A stretch of 64,000 bases of DNA. Source: Felis catus (Eukaryota). Below the pieces are notes generated by a model that was not told the DNA's origin, made no database searches, and saw only the letters and a list, made by a program, of their open reading frames with translations. A program made the position numbers and the translations under genes. The stretch spans positions 117,120,001-117,184,000 of the forward strand of contig NC_058373.1 of the NCBI RefSeq assembly GCF_018350175.1, read 5' to 3'. Every line of letters starts with the position of its first letter. Within the stretch, counting starts at the first letter, position 1. Shown piece by piece: positions 1 to 13,281 of the stretch.

Positions 1-264
1 CAAGTTATTAAAAGAGCTCATTTTAAGCCAATTTTAAATAGCAGAGATCGTTGTTCAGCACATTGAACAAGCACTCTGTCCTGGTTTTGCCCCGATCCCC
101 GCACACTCCTTCTCAGTCTTCAGCCCTGGAGTCGCCTCCTCTGCCCACCCTGTGACTCCTTGGCCCCCTTCTCTTCTCCACGCCATCTGGGAGCAACCTC
201 GCGCTCTGTGTATGCTGACTTGGGGATTCCGCAAAAGCTCTCCCCTCTCCAACCTCCACATGCC

Positions 265-560
265 TATATCCAGCTGCTAAAGGATGTCTCTGTTTGAGTC
301 CTCCTCACTGCAGACTCAACAGGTAGACTGTAACTCCTGTTGGCCTGCCTGAGACCGTGCTCCCGCTAGAATTCAGTGGCTGGTGTCACATCATTCATCC
401 AGCGAGCGTCTGAGTACAAACCGAACATGATTCTCTTTGACAAAACTCTAGGCCTCTATGCCACGTAAATATTTTTATTTTTGCATGTGTTACCTTTTGT
501 GTTTGCCTCCCTACAATACTGTAAATGCGTGGCACCCGGTAGGCAATAAATACATGTTTG
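265..560 (+). mobile_element. L2 LINE relics
   Basis: atatccagctgc...cagactcaac and tggcacccggtaggcaataaatacatgtttg resemble L2 consensus 3' region. Confidence 0.5.
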
Positions 561-1130
561 GTGGGCAGACCTCTTGATACGCATTCCTGAAACATATCCC
601 ATTACCTTTCCCGGATGAGATTTGCTACCACACGACTTCTCTTTGCACTGGGTAGACCGTGCAACTCCATTTTTGGTGCAAAGATTGGTAGCGTCTCTCC
701 GAGCTTTGCAAACTTATTTATCTTAGGAATTATTGAGCTTGGCTGCTGTCCACATCATGTAACAATTCTGCTGTCACATTTTCCTCCTTGCTTTCTTTCT
801 TCCCTCACCCCCAACTTCTCATATTCCTATCTGTGAACAAGAACGCGAAGAAATGAAGACAAGAATACAAACCCATATTTCTCTCACCAATTAAAAATAT
901 CTTTCCATCTTGTTTTACTATTCAATGAGATCCTTGTCCTCTTTCTATGTCAAAATTAAAACAGCTTCTTTCCTTCCTAGTGTCTTTAAATTTTTTTTCT
1001 TATTGCAGAAATGATTCATGTTTACTATAGACAAAGTTAGAAATTATAGACAAACACAAAGAAGGAAATAAAATGTATAACCTACCTTGCTCACAGAGCT
1101 ATAGTTAACTTTTCAAATTACCTAGTTCCA

Positions 1131-1338
1131 GAGACACCTGGGTGGCTTAGTTGGCTGGGTGTCCGACTTTGGCTCACGTCATGATCTCGCAGTTTGTAGG
1201 TTCGAGCTCCACATTGGGCTCTGTGCTGACACCTCAGAGCCTGGGGCCTGTGTCTCCCTCTCTCTGCCCCTCCCCCGCTCTCCCTCTCCCTCTCACTCAC
1301 TCTCTCTCAAAATTAAATAAACGTTAAAAAATGTTTTT
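1131..1338 (+). mobile_element. Can-SINE (SINEC_Fc type)
   Basis: tRNA head, CT tract, A tail; TSD aaattacctagttcca/aaataccttgttcca. Confidence 0.92.
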
Positions 1339-1477
1339 AAATACCTTGTTCCATCCTTTTTTATTTTCCTATGTACATATTTCAACAAAAATGTAGACTT
1401 GTACTTGCTGTTGGAAAACTTCTTTTTACTGACTAGGTTGAGAACGTGTTCCCATGATGGCAGACATTTCTCTAGAT

Positions 1478-1916
1478 CGGGTGTCAACAAACTTTCTTTG
1501 TAAAGGGCCAGATAGTAAAATTTGAGGCCTTGTGGGATGTACTGTTTCTTTTTAAACTACTTAACTTGGGGCTCCTGGGTGGCTCAGTCGGTTAAGCGTC
1601 CGACTTCGGCTCAGGTCACGATCTCGCAGTTTGTGAGTTCGAGCCCTGCGTCGGGCTCTGTGCTGACAGCTCAGAGCCTGGAGCCTGTTTTTCTGATTCT
1701 GTGCCTCCCTCTCTCTGACCCTCCCCTGTTCATGCTCTGTCTCTCTCTGTCTCAAAAATAAATAAACGTTAAAAAAAAAATTAAACTACTTAACTCTGCT
1801 GTTGTATTGTGATATGTAAATGAATGAGTGTTGCTTTGTTCCAATAAAACTTTATTTTCAAATCAGTCGGTTGGCCAGGTTTGACTCATGGCTGGGCCAT
1901 GGTTTGCTTATGCTTG
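1478..1916 (+). mobile_element. MER58A hAT-Charlie MITE interrupted by a SINE
   Basis: tgtaaagggccagatagtaaa...gttccaataaaactttatt...tttgc; 8-bp TSD ctctagat/ctctagaa (1470-1477/1917-1924). Confidence 0.85.
1568..1780 (+). mobile_element. Young Can-SINE (SINEC_Fc)
   Basis: CpG-rich; perfect TSD ttaaactacttaact 1552-1566/1781-1795. Confidence 0.95.
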
Positions 1917-1990
1917 CTCTAGAATACCATTTTTAGTGGCTCAACAGTATTCTACTTTATCAGTGTATCATGATTTACTTAACCAATCAG

Positions 1991-2235
1991 AATAATAGCT
2001 AATATTGCTGGAGGCTTTATACCGTGTTTCACATATTGAAAGGCTTGTTCTATTTCCTTTCTCACTTTTCCTGCCCATAGCTCTGTGAAATGTAGGTATT
2101 ATTCTTTCTATTTAACAGATGAGGAAACTCAGATAAAAAACAGGTAGGTAATTTGCCTAAGGTTAGATGGCTGTTAAGTAGAAAAGGCAAAACTTAATTT
2201 GTTTTGAGATTTAGAAGCCATGCTTTTAAGTACTG
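1991..2235 (-). mobile_element. MIR
   Basis: Core tatttaacagatgaggaaactcag...taatttgcctaaggt. Confidence 0.75.
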
Positions 2236-3099
2236 CTTATATTTTTATACACATTGGTGATTATTTCCTTGGGATAAATCCCTAGAATTAGAATAACAAG
2301 TGCATCTTAAGGCTTTTGATCTATGTTTCCAGGTTGATATGTGTGGCCAGATCCTATTTCTTGGGGGTATATAACAGCACTGTGTGCCTAACACGCCTAC
2401 CTGTATCAGGGACTTTTTAAAACCTTAGCAAGAATACTTCATTGTTTTATATCATATTAAAAATTATAAATACGGATGAACATTTCCCTTATGCATATTT
2501 CTCATTTATGTTTCTTATTAGGTGAATTTCTCATTCATGTCCTTTCCTCATTATTCTATTAGAGCAGTTGTCTTTTTCTATTGATTTATTGGAGCCTTTC
2601 ATGTAGGGAATTCCTCTGGTGTTTTAGTTGATGTTACATGGCTTGTTATGAAAATGGTCCATTTACTTGAAAAAGCTATTGTCTTTACAATGAAAGAGAG
2701 TTAAGCAGAAAAAGTATTTGGCTTTAACATAAAGCACTAGACTTCTGAAATTAAACAAACAAACAAAAACAACAAAAAACCCTGTAAGGTAAGACAGAAC
2801 TTATTCCTGCTGAGGAACTTGTCCCTTTAGTTCACATCTTCTTAAGTCACTAGGATTTGAGTTCTTTAATTGGAACTACTGCTTTGCCGTGGTCATGGCA
2901 ACACATCTTAGCTGCCATGGACAGCATATACCTTTACAAAATATTTTTTAGGGAGTGGTTTTTGGATGGAATTTGTTATCCAGTGTATTCATGGAGAGTC
3001 TAGATGAATTAATGGGTGGTAGAACAATAATTATATAATAATAATAGTAATAAAAATAGTGAAATTAACTATAGGTACTTAATATCATAGTAGTAGTTA

Positions 3100-3340
3100 A
3101 TAGTAGATAGTTACTATCTCCTGATCACTTACTATATTCCAGCCACAACGCTAAATGCTTTCTATTATTTAATTTGATCTTCACTATAATGCTAAGTCAT
3201 AGATATTGTTATTATCCCTGTTTTATACATGAAGAAACAGACCAAAAACCTAGGTGGCTTACCCCGGACTTTAGAGCTGCTAAGTAGGAGTGAGCTTGAC
3301 TTTGACCCTGATGCTCTACCGTCAGAGACTTACAGGCTTA
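3100..3340 (-). mobile_element. MIR
   Basis: attatccctgttttatacatgaagaaacagac...gctaagtagg core similarity. Confidence 0.65.
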
Positions 3341-3698
3341 TTACAGAAAGATGTTGGGGTATGTGCTTACTTGTGTGCACATGTGTGGCAGATAGTCTTG
3401 ATTGTCAAAGGTGGAGACAGCACTGCTAGACTCTAATAACCCTAGGATCAATGGGCCATGAATCTGACCCAGGATTCAGAACCCATGCTCTTGTAAAGAT
3501 CAGAGTTAGGATGCTTAATTAGATTCAAAGAGCCCAAAGGGTAGCTGCTCCAATACAGTCTATCTCAGGTTTCTCTTGAGGACCGTCGAATTGGAAGAGG
3601 ACATCTGATGGGGAAAGGCAGAGTTGTAAGACTCCCTAGGCACTAGAAAAGAAGAACCATTTTTTTCCTTCCAATTTTATTGAAGTATAATTGACAAA

Positions 3699-3700
<2 letters not shown>

Positions 3701-3744
<44 letters not shown>
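3701..3744. repeat. (TG)22 microsatellite
   Basis: Directly visible. Confidence 0.98.
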
Positions 3745-3745
<1 letters not shown>

Positions 3746-4800
3746 CTTTTTCTTTATTCCTCCATCAATTGACACTTAGATTGCTTTTGTGTCTTGGATA
3801 TTGTAAATAGTGTTTCAGTGAACAAGGAAGTGCAGAGATACTGATGTATCTCTGGAAGTGAAAGGAAGTCTTTGAGATACTGATTTCATTTCCTTCAGAA
3901 ATGAAAGGGTTCTCTTTTTCCCACATCCTCACTAACTCTTGCTATTTCTTTTGTTAATAGCCATTCTAACAGGTGTGAGGTGACATCTTATTCTGGTTTT
4001 GATTTGCATGATTAGTGATGTTGAGAATCTTTTCATGTACCTTTTGGCCATGTGAATGTCTTCTTTGGAAAAATGTTTATTTAGGTCCTTTGCCTATTTT
4101 TAGGTTGGATTGTCATTATTTTTGCTACTGAGTTGTATGAGTCCCTTATAAATTTTAGATATAACCCCTTATGAGATCTAGTTTATGAATGAGTCCTCCT
4201 ATTCTGTAGGTTGCCTTTTCATTTTGTTGAGTGTTTCCGTTGCTGTGCAGAAGGTTTTTGGCTTGTTGTAGTCCCACTTGTTAATTTTTTATTTTGTTGA
4301 TTGTGCTTTTGGTGTCACGTCAAAAAATCATTGTCCAGACCAACCTTAAAGAGCTTTTAGCCCATGTTTTCTTTTAGGAGTTTTACAGTTTCACGTTTTA
4401 CATTTAAGTATTTATTTATTTAATTTTAATTTACATTCAAGTTAGTTAGTGTATAGTGTAATAATGATTTCAGGAGTAGAATCCAGTGATTCATCCCCTA
4501 CCTATAACACCCAGTACTCATCCCAACAAGTGCCCTCCTCAATGCTCATAGCCCATTTAGCCCATCCCTCCATCCTAAACCCCTCAGTTTCTTCTCTGTA
4601 TTTGAGTCTCTTATGTTTTGTCCTCCCTCCCTGTTTTTATCTTAGTTTTGCTTCCCTTTCCTAATGTTCACCTGTTTTGTATCTTAAATTCCACATATGA
4701 GTGAAGACATATTTGTCTTTCTCTGACTGACTAACTTCACTTAGCATAATACACTCTAGTTCCATCCACATTGTTGCAAATGGCAAGATTTCATTCTTTT

Positions 4801-5006
4801 AAAAATTTTTTTTAATGTTTATTTTTGAGAGAGTGAGAGAGTGCGAGCAGGGGAGGGGCAGAGAGAGGGAGACACAGAATCTGAAGTAGGCTCCAGGCTC
4901 CAAGATGTCAGCTCAGAGCCTGACGTGGGGCTCGAACCCACAAACTGCGAGATCATGACCTGAGCTGAAGTCGGACGCTTAACCGACTGAGCCATCCAGG
5001 TGCTCC
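4801..5006 (-). mobile_element. Can-SINE in L1 3' UTR
   Basis: TSD caagatttcattctttt/caagatttaaatctttt. Confidence 0.92.
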
Positions 5007-5065
5007 AAGATTTAAATCTTTTTGATTGCCAAGTAATATTCCATTGTATATACATACCATGTCTT

Positions 5066-5272
5066 CTTTTTTTTAATGTTTATTTATTTTTGAAAGAGAC
5101 AGAGACAGAATGCAAGTGGGTTGGGGCAGAGAGAGAGGGAGACACAGAATCTGAAGCAGGCTCCAGGCTCCAAGCCATCAGCACAGAGCCCGTCACGGGG
5201 CTCTCACGAGCTGCGAGATCGTGACCTGAGCCAAAGTCGGACGCTCAACTGACTGAGCCACCTAGGCGCCCC
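5066..5272 (-). mobile_element. Can-SINE in L1
   Basis: Full SINE; TSD-like ataccatgtctt/ataccacatctt. Confidence 0.92.
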
Positions 5273-7242
5273 TATACCACATCTTTATCCATTCATCAGT
5301 TGATGGACATTTGGGCTCTTTGTATACTTTGGCTGCTGTACATAGTGCTGCTATAAACATTGGGGTGCATGTGCCCCTTTGAAACAGCACACCTGTATTC
5401 TTTGGATAAATACCTAGTAGTGCAATTGCTGGATTGTAAGGTGGTTCTATTTTTAATTTTTTGAGCAACCTCCGTACTGTTTTCCAGAGTGGCTGCACCA
5501 GCTTGCATTGCCACCAGCAATGCAAAAGAGATCCTCTTTCTCCTCATCCTCGCCAACATCTGTTGTTTCCTGAGTTGTTAATTTAGCCATTCTGACAGGT
5601 GTGAAGTAGTATCTCATTATGGTTTTGATTTGTATTTCCCTGATGATGAGTGATGTTGAGCATTTTTTCATGTTAGCCATCTGGATGTCTTTTTTGGAAA
5701 AGTGTCTATTCCCATCTTTTGTCCATTTCTTCACTGGATTATTTGGGTGTTGAGTTTTGTTTTTTGGATGTTGAGTTTGATAAGTTCTTTATAGACTTTG
5801 GATACTAACCCTTTGTCTGATATGTCATTTGCAAATATCTTCTCCCATTCTATTGCCTTTTAGTTTTGCTAATTGTTTCCTTTACTGTGCAGAAACTTTT
5901 TGTCTTGATGAGGTCCCAACAGTTCATTTTTGCTTTCGTTTCCCTTGCCTCCAGAGACGTGTTGAGTAAGAAGTTGCTGCGGCTGAGGTCAAAGAGGTTT
6001 TTGCCTGCTTCCTCCTCTAGGATTTTGATGGTTTCCTGTGTTACATTTAGGTCTGTCATCCATTTTGAGTTTATTTTTGTGTCTGGTGTCAGAAAGTGGT
6101 CCAGGTTCATTCTCCTGCATGTCACTGTCCAGTTTTCCCAGCACCACTTGCTGAAGAGACTGTCTTTATTCCATTGGATATTCTTTCCTGCTTTGTCAAA
6201 GATTAGTTGGCCATACATTTGTGGGTCCATTTCTGGGTTCTCTATTCTGTTTCATTGATCTAAGTGTCTGTTTTTGTGCCAGTACCTTATTGTCTTGATG
6301 ATTACAGCTTTGTAATATATCTTGAAGTCTGGAATTGTGATGCCTCCAGCCTTGGTTTTCTTTTTCAAGATTGCTTAGGCTATTTGTGGTCTTTTCTGGT
6401 TCCATACACATTTTAGGATTGTTCGTTCTAGCTCTTTGAAGAATGCTGGTGCTATTTTTGATAGGGATTGCTACATTTAGGTCTTTAATCCATTTCCAGT
6501 TAATTTCTGTGAGAGGTGTAAGATAGGGCTCCCATCTCATTCTTTGGATGTGGATTACAGTGTTTCTAACACTGTTTATTGAAGAAATTATGCTTTCTCC
6601 ATTGTGTGTTCTTGTGTTTCTTATCAAAGATTACTTGACCATATATCTGTGGATTTATTTCTGGGTTCTCTATTCTGTTCTATTGGTCTCTGTGTCTGTT
6701 TTTAGCCCAGTATCATACTGTTTTGATTACTATAGATCTGTGATTTAGTTTGAAATCAGGAGTTGTGCTGCCGCCAGCTTTATTCTTTTTTCTTAAAATT
6801 ACTTTGAATATTCTGAATCTTTTGTGATTCCATATGAATTTTGAGATTTTTTTCTATCTCTATGAAAAATGCCATTGGACTTTTGATAGGGATTGTGTTG
6901 ACTTTGTACATTGCTTTGGGTAGTATGGATATTTTAATAATATTAATTCTTTCAATCCATAAACATGTGATATCTTTCCATTTATTTGTGTCTTTTTCAG
7001 TTTCTTTCATCAGTGTCTTATAGTATTCAGTGTATAGGTCTTTCACGTTCTTGGTTAAATGTATTCCTTCCTTCCTTCATTCTATTGTAAATGGAAGTTT
7101 TTTCTTTATCTCTCTTTCAAAAAGTTCATTTTTAGTGTATAGAAATGCAACTGATTTTTGTATGTTGATTTTGTATTCTGCAGCTTTACCGAATTCATTT
7201 ATGCTAAGTTTTTTTTGGTTGAGTCTAGAGGTTTGTTTGTTT

Positions 7243-7245
<3 letters not shown>

Positions 7246-7284
<39 letters not shown>
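7246..7284. repeat. (CA)n microsatellite
   Basis: Directly visible. Confidence 0.97.
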
Positions 7285-7285
<1 letters not shown>

Positions 7286-7331
7286 TAGGATTATGTCATT
7301 TGCAAACAGAGGCAATTTTACTTCTATCTTT

Positions 7332-7412
7332 AAAAAAATTTTTTTTAATGTTTTATTATCCATATTTGAGAGAGAGGAAGACAGAGCGTGAGCAGGGGAG
7401 GGGCAGAGAAAG

Positions 7413-7449
<37 letters not shown>

Positions 7450-7570
7450 ATTCGAAGCAGGCTCCAAGCTGTCAGCACAGAATCTGACATGGGGCTTGAA
7501 CCCACGAACCATGAGGTCATGACCTGAGCCAAAGTCAGACACTTGACTGATTGAGCCACCCAGATGCCCC
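7332..7570 (-). mobile_element. Can-SINE
   Basis: TSD ttacttctatcttt/ttacttccaccttt. Confidence 0.92.
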
Positions 7571-7597
7571 TTACTTCCACCTTTCTAATATGTCTGT

Positions 7598-7613
7598 CTT
7601 TCTCCTTTCCTTT

Positions 7614-7674
<61 letters not shown>

Positions 7675-7725
7675 TTTCTTTCTTCCTTCCTTCCTTCCTT
7701 CCTTCCTTCCTTCCTTCCTTCCTTC

Positions 7726-7779
<54 letters not shown>

Positions 7780-7791
7780 CTTTTTTCCTTT
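7598..7791. repeat. Compound (TTTC)n(TTCC)n(TTTC)n polypyrimidine tract
   Basis: Directly visible, about 190 bp of C/T only. Confidence 0.97.
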
Positions 7792-8430
7792 GCCTAATTA
7801 TTTAGGCTAGTGCCACCAGTATTATGTTGAATAGAAGTGGTGGAGAGTGGGCATTGTCTTGTTTCTGATTCTAGAAGGAACGCTTTCAGCTTTTCACTGT
7901 TGAATATGTCAGCTGTGGTCTTGTTATATATGACTTTTCTTAGGTTGAGGTACATTCCTTTGATACCTAATTTGTTGTGAGTTTTTATAATGAATGGATG
8001 TTGAATTTTGTCAAGTGTTTTATTCTGCAGCTATAGAAATGATCATATGATTTTGTCCTTCATTTCATTAGTGTGTTGTATCATATGTATTGATTTGCAT
8101 ACACTGAACTTCCTTGCATCCCAGGGATAAGTCGCACTTTATCATGGTATGTGATACTTTTAACGTGCTGTTGGATTTGGTTTGCTAGTGTTTTGTTAAG
8201 GATTTTTGCATCTATATTCAAAAGGGTTATTGGCTTGCAGTTTTTCTTTTCTTGCAGTAGCTTTGTGTACCTTTGATATCAGGGTAATTCTGGCCTCTGA
8301 AATGAGTTTGGGAGTGTCCCTTCTTCCTCGATTTTTTGAAAGAGTTTGAGAAGGATTGGTGTTAATTCTTTAAATGTTTGTTTGAATCCACCAGTGAAAC
8401 CGTGGTCCTGTGATTTTCTTTGTCGTGAGC

Positions 8431-8620
8431 TTAAAAAAAAAAAGTTTATTTATTTATTTTGAGGTAGGGAGGGGCAGAGAGAGAGGGAGAGAGAGAATCC
8501 CAAGCAGCTCCATGCTCATCATGGAGCCCAACATGGGGCTCAAACCCATGACCATGAGACCAGGACTTGAGCCAAAATCAGGAGTTGGACACCAAACTGA
8601 CTGAGCTACCCAGGCACTCC
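8431..8620 (-). mobile_element. Can-SINE (older subfamily)
   Basis: gagagaatcccaagcag...ctgagctacccaggcactcc. Confidence 0.88.
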
Positions 8621-10239
8621 TGTTGTGAGATTTTTGATTAATGATTTAATCTCATGACTCACTTTTTGGTCTCTTCAGATTTTCTATTTCCTTATGATTC
8701 AGTCTTGGTATGTTGTGCGTGTATGTGAATTTATCCATTACTTCTAGGTTATCCAACTTGTTGGTGTATAATTATTCATAGTAGTCTTTTATGATCTTTT
8801 TATTTCTGTGGTATCAGTTATTATTTCCCTTCTTTCATTTCTGATATTATTTGCTTGAGTTCTTTTTTCTTAGTCTTGCTAAAGCTTTGTCAATTTTATT
8901 TTTCCAACAAATCAGCTTCTAATTTGGTTTACCTTTTCTATTATTTTTCTAATCTCTGTTTCATTTACCTCCACTCTAATCTTTATTCCTTCCTTGTGCT
9001 CATTTTGGGATTAGTTCTTCTTTTTTTTTATTTCCTTGAGGTGTAAAATTAGATTGTTTAAAATCTTTCTTGTTTCTTTTAATGTAGGTTTATTGCTATA
9101 AACTTTCCTCTTAAAACTGCTTTTGCTGCAAGCTATAGGTTTTGATATGTTGTTTCCATTTTTGGGTGCTTCAAGATATTTTTGGATTTCCTTTTATTTC
9201 CTTCATGATCCATTGGCCATTCAGAAGTGCGTTGTTTAATTTTTACATTTATGAATTTTCCAGCTTTCCTCCTGTTATTGATTTCTAGTTTCATACCATT
9301 GTGGTTGGACTAGATAATTGATTTCATTTTAATCTTACTAAATTTTTTAAAGCCTTGGTTGTATACTAGTATATGATCTGTCCTAGAGAAAGTTCTGTGT
9401 GCAGTTGAGAAGAATGCGTATTCTGCTGCTCTTGGATGGAATGTTCTTTATATCTATTAGGTCTGTTTTGTCTAACGTGAACTTTAAGTTCAATGTTTCC
9501 TTATTGAGTTCTGTCTGGGTGGTCTATTTATTGTTGAAAGTGGAATATGAAGTCCTTTTCCATTTTCATATTGTTGTCTATTACTTCTTTCAGATCTGTT
9601 AGTATTTGCTTAATATATTCATGTGTTCATTGTTGGGTGCATATATATTACAACTGTTATATCTTCTTGATGAATTAACCCCTTTATCATTATATAATAA
9701 CTTTCTTTTGTTATGGTTTTTGACTTGAAGTCTATTTGGTCTGGTGTAAGTACAGTTACCCCTGCTCCCTTTTGTTTTCCATTTGCATGGAATATTTGTT
9801 CCCATCCCTTCACTTTCAACAATATATGTTCTTAAAGTTGAAGTGAGTCTCTGGTAGGCAGGATATAATTGGGCTTTTGTTGTTGTTGTTGTTGTTGTTG
9901 TTAATCCATTCAGCTACTCTATGACTTTTGATTAGAGAATTTAATTCATTTACACTCAATGTAACTATTGATAGATAAGGACTTACTGTTACCATCTTGT
10001 AATCGTGTTTTGGCTATTTTGTAGTTCCTTTGTTTCATTCTTCCTCTCTTGCTATCTTCTTTTGTGATTTGATTTTCTATAGTGTATGCTTAAGTTTATT
10101 TCTCTTTCTTTTTTGTATATGTAGTATAGTTTTTTGACTTGAGGTTATTATGAGACTTATGTAAAATATAACAGTCTATTTGAGGATGATAACTTTGCAT
10201 ACAAGAACCTTACCTTTTAATTCCCCCTTTTATGTTTTT

Positions 10240-10466
10240 TTTTTTAATTTTAATTTTTTTTTTTTTTTTTGAGAGAGAGAGAAAGAGAGAGAGCGAGAGC
10301 ATGAGCAGGAGAGGAACAGAGAGAGAGGGAGACACAGAATCTGGAGCAGACTCCAGGCTCTGAACTGTCAGCACAGAGCCTGATGTGGGGCTCAAACTCA
10401 TGAATGATGAGATCATGACCTGAGCTGAAGTCAGACTCTTAACTGACTGAGCCACCCAGGTGCCCC
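10240..10466 (-). mobile_element. Can-SINE
   Basis: TSD tcccccttttatgttttt 10222-10239/10467-10484. Confidence 0.93.
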
Positions 10467-10547
10467 TCCCCCTTTTATGTTTTTGATAGCACAACTTACA
10501 TCTTTTTATATCATGTATCCATTAAAAAATTATTGTACCTATAGTTG

Positions 10548-10665
10548 TTTTTTTTTTTAAGATTTTTTATTTTCTTAAGTAATCTCTATGCCCAACGTGG
10601 GGCTCGAACTTACCACCCTGAGATCAAGAGTTGTGTGCTCTACTGACTGAGCCAGCCAGGTACCC
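10548..10665 (-). mobile_element. Short Can-SINE variant lacking the CT tract
   Basis: TSD tgtacctatagtt 10534-10546/10666-10678; tRNA-like head. Confidence 0.88.
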
Positions 10666-11685
10666 TGTACCTATAGTTATTTTAAGTCATTTTTTCTTAA
10701 AAGTTTTTTTTCCTTTATACCAGAGTTAAGTGATTTAAACACTACCTTTACAGTATTAGGGTTTTCTGAATTTGATTATATACCTACTTTTACCAGTGAA
10801 TTATATACTTTCAGATTTTTTATGCTATTAATATCCTTTCATTTCTACTTGAGGACTCTCTTTAGTGTTTCTTGTAAGGTATGTTTAGTGGTGATAAACT
10901 CCCTCAGCTTTTGTTTGTCTGGGAAGTTCTCTATTAACCTTCATTTTCAAAGAGCATCTTTGATGGGTAAAGTATTCTGGGTTGGCAGTTTTTTCTTCTA
11001 GCACTTTGAATATATTATCCTGTTCTTTCTGAGCCTGCAAGATTTCTGCCAAGAAATCAGCTGATAGCTTTATAAGCATTCTCTTGTATATGACACATTT
11101 CTTTCTCTTGCTGCTTTCAAAATTGTTTCTTTGTCTATGATTTTTGATAGTTTTATTATAACTTGTTTTAGTGAAGTCATCGTTGGGTCAAGTCTTATTG
11201 AGGACCCATGAGATGAGCTTCATGTACCTGGATGTCTTGATCTCTCCCAAGATTTGGGAAGTGTTCAGCTATTAGCAGAGAAACTACTTCTTTTGGCTAC
11301 CCAAATTACTCCCAAGTGCCTACCAATTTACATGTAAAACTCCCTTTTCTGTCATTTAAGCATTCAACCAACTGATGCCAAACTGTAATTTTAGTCTTGT
11401 ATCACATGATTCCATAATACATACCCAGTTCTCTGGGCAAACAGACCCAATCCAAACACAGCTTGAGCTTTCTCTCTCCTTTGTTTAACCTGTTTTACGT
11501 TCTTGAAATGTCTTCAGTTTCTCGGCCTCAACCCTAAGTCTTCATCTGTCAGAATTCTGGACCGTTCTCAATACTGAGATAAAAATTCTACCTAAAGATC
11601 AGTTCCTAATTTATAAGGACAGAAGTGACTCCCTCCACCGCCATTTGCTTCTGATGATATTTCTATTACTTTCTTTAAAAACACA

Positions 11686-11898
11686 TTTTTTTAACATTTA
11701 TTCATTTATTGAGAGATGGAGAGAAACAGAGCATGAGTGGGGGAGGGGCAGAGAGAGAGGGAGACACAGAGTCAGAAACAGGCTCCAGGCTCTGAGCTGT
11801 CAGCACAGAGCCCAATGCAGGGTTCAAACCCCCCCACTGCGAGATCATGACCTGCGCTGAAGTCAGACGCCCAACTGACTGAGCCACCTAGGCACCCC
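11686..11898 (-). mobile_element. Can-SINE
   Basis: TSD tattactttctttaaaa/tattgctttcttttaaaa. Confidence 0.92.
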
Positions 11899-11996
11899 TA
11901 TATTGCTTTCTTTTAAAACAATTTTTTTGTGTTTGTTTGTTTGTTTGTTTATTTATTTATTTACAGTCTTGACGTCTTTTATTTTTTTTACATTTA

Positions 11997-12488
<492 letters not shown>

Positions 12489-12523
12489 TTACTGGAAGAT
12501 GGTGGTTCCGGCTGAAAGGAAGC

Positions 12524-12728
12524 TGTGTTTATTTATTTTTAAGAGAGAGAAAGAGAGACAGAGCGTGAATGGAGAAGGAGCAGAGAGAGAGGGAGACACA
12601 GAATCTGAAGCAGGCTCCAGGCTCTGAGCTGTCAACACAGTCCTGATGTGGGGCTCGAACTCACGAGCTATGGGATCATGACCTAAGCTGAAGTTGGATG
12701 CTTAACCAACTGAGCCACCCACGGGCCC
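12524..12728 (-). mobile_element. Can-SINE whose tail hosts the RPL21 retrocopy
   Basis: SINE body 12541-12728; tail split between 11921-11934 and 12524-12540. Confidence 0.9.
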
Positions 12729-12915
12729 TGATAATTATATTACTTTCAAGTCAACTATAACCTACTTATTTGTTGGACAGCTTTTGTGTGTGTGTTCTCC
12801 ATCTAGCTTCATTGGAAGACCCTTGAGAATTGGATCTAATTCATTTTTGTATTCCCTGTAGGACTTGCATGGTTCCTTGAATATAGTGATTTTCCATAGA
12901 TGAAAATGACACGCT

Positions 12916-13068
12916 GGGACACCTGGGTGGCTCAGTTGGTTGAGCATCTGACTCTTGGTTTCAACTCAGGTCATGATCTCATAGTTGTGAGATTGAGTCC
13001 CACATCGGGCTCTGCACTGAGCGTGGAGCCTGCTTTGGATTCTTTCTCTCCCTCTCTTTCTGCCTCTG

Positions 13069-13109
<41 letters not shown>

Positions 13110-13133
13110 AAATAAATAAATAAACATTAAAAA
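12916..13133 (+). mobile_element. Can-SINE
   Basis: tRNA head, (CT)n, aaataaataaataaacattaaaaa tail. Confidence 0.9.
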
Positions 13134-13155
13134 GTGGCATGCCTTAATCCTGTTC

Positions 13156-13218
13156 TTTTTTTGTTTTTAATGTATCCCATTCTTTTATTGAGGTAGAGGT
13201 AGACATAAAGTCTCTTAG
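13156..13218 (-). mobile_element. 63-bp retroposed poly(A)+ fragment
   Basis: Perfect 17-bp TSD atgccttaatcctgttc 13139-13155/13219-13235; AATAAA plus A tail on the minus strand. Confidence 0.8.
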
Positions 13219-13281
13219 ATGCCTTAATCCTGTTCCTGTGGATCCTGACTCTAGAAGAAAGGAAACCTCCATTTAGAGCTT

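Larger units (their letters stand above)
4415..6471 (-). mobile_element. 5'-truncated felid-type L1 nested in the older L1
   Basis: ORF2 C-terminal pieces (5262-5734, 5850-6230); TSD tacatttaagtattta/tacatttaggtcttta 4399-4414/6472-6487. Confidence 0.9.
3661..11275 (-). mobile_element. Old LINE-1 (L1M-age), 3' UTR through ORF2 into ORF1, fragmented, with nested inserts
   Basis: Decayed ORF2 pieces (6780-7046; endonuclease-like LKVKGWEQIFHANGKQKGAGV 9619-9822) and ORF1 piece (IKLSADFLAEILQAQKE 10885-11079). Confidence 0.9.

Noticed and set aside
7551..7805. Hydrophobic FLSF-repeat ORFs (also ININ at 22330-22662 and CVCV/ERET at 43832-44106)
   Set aside because: Microsatellite translations
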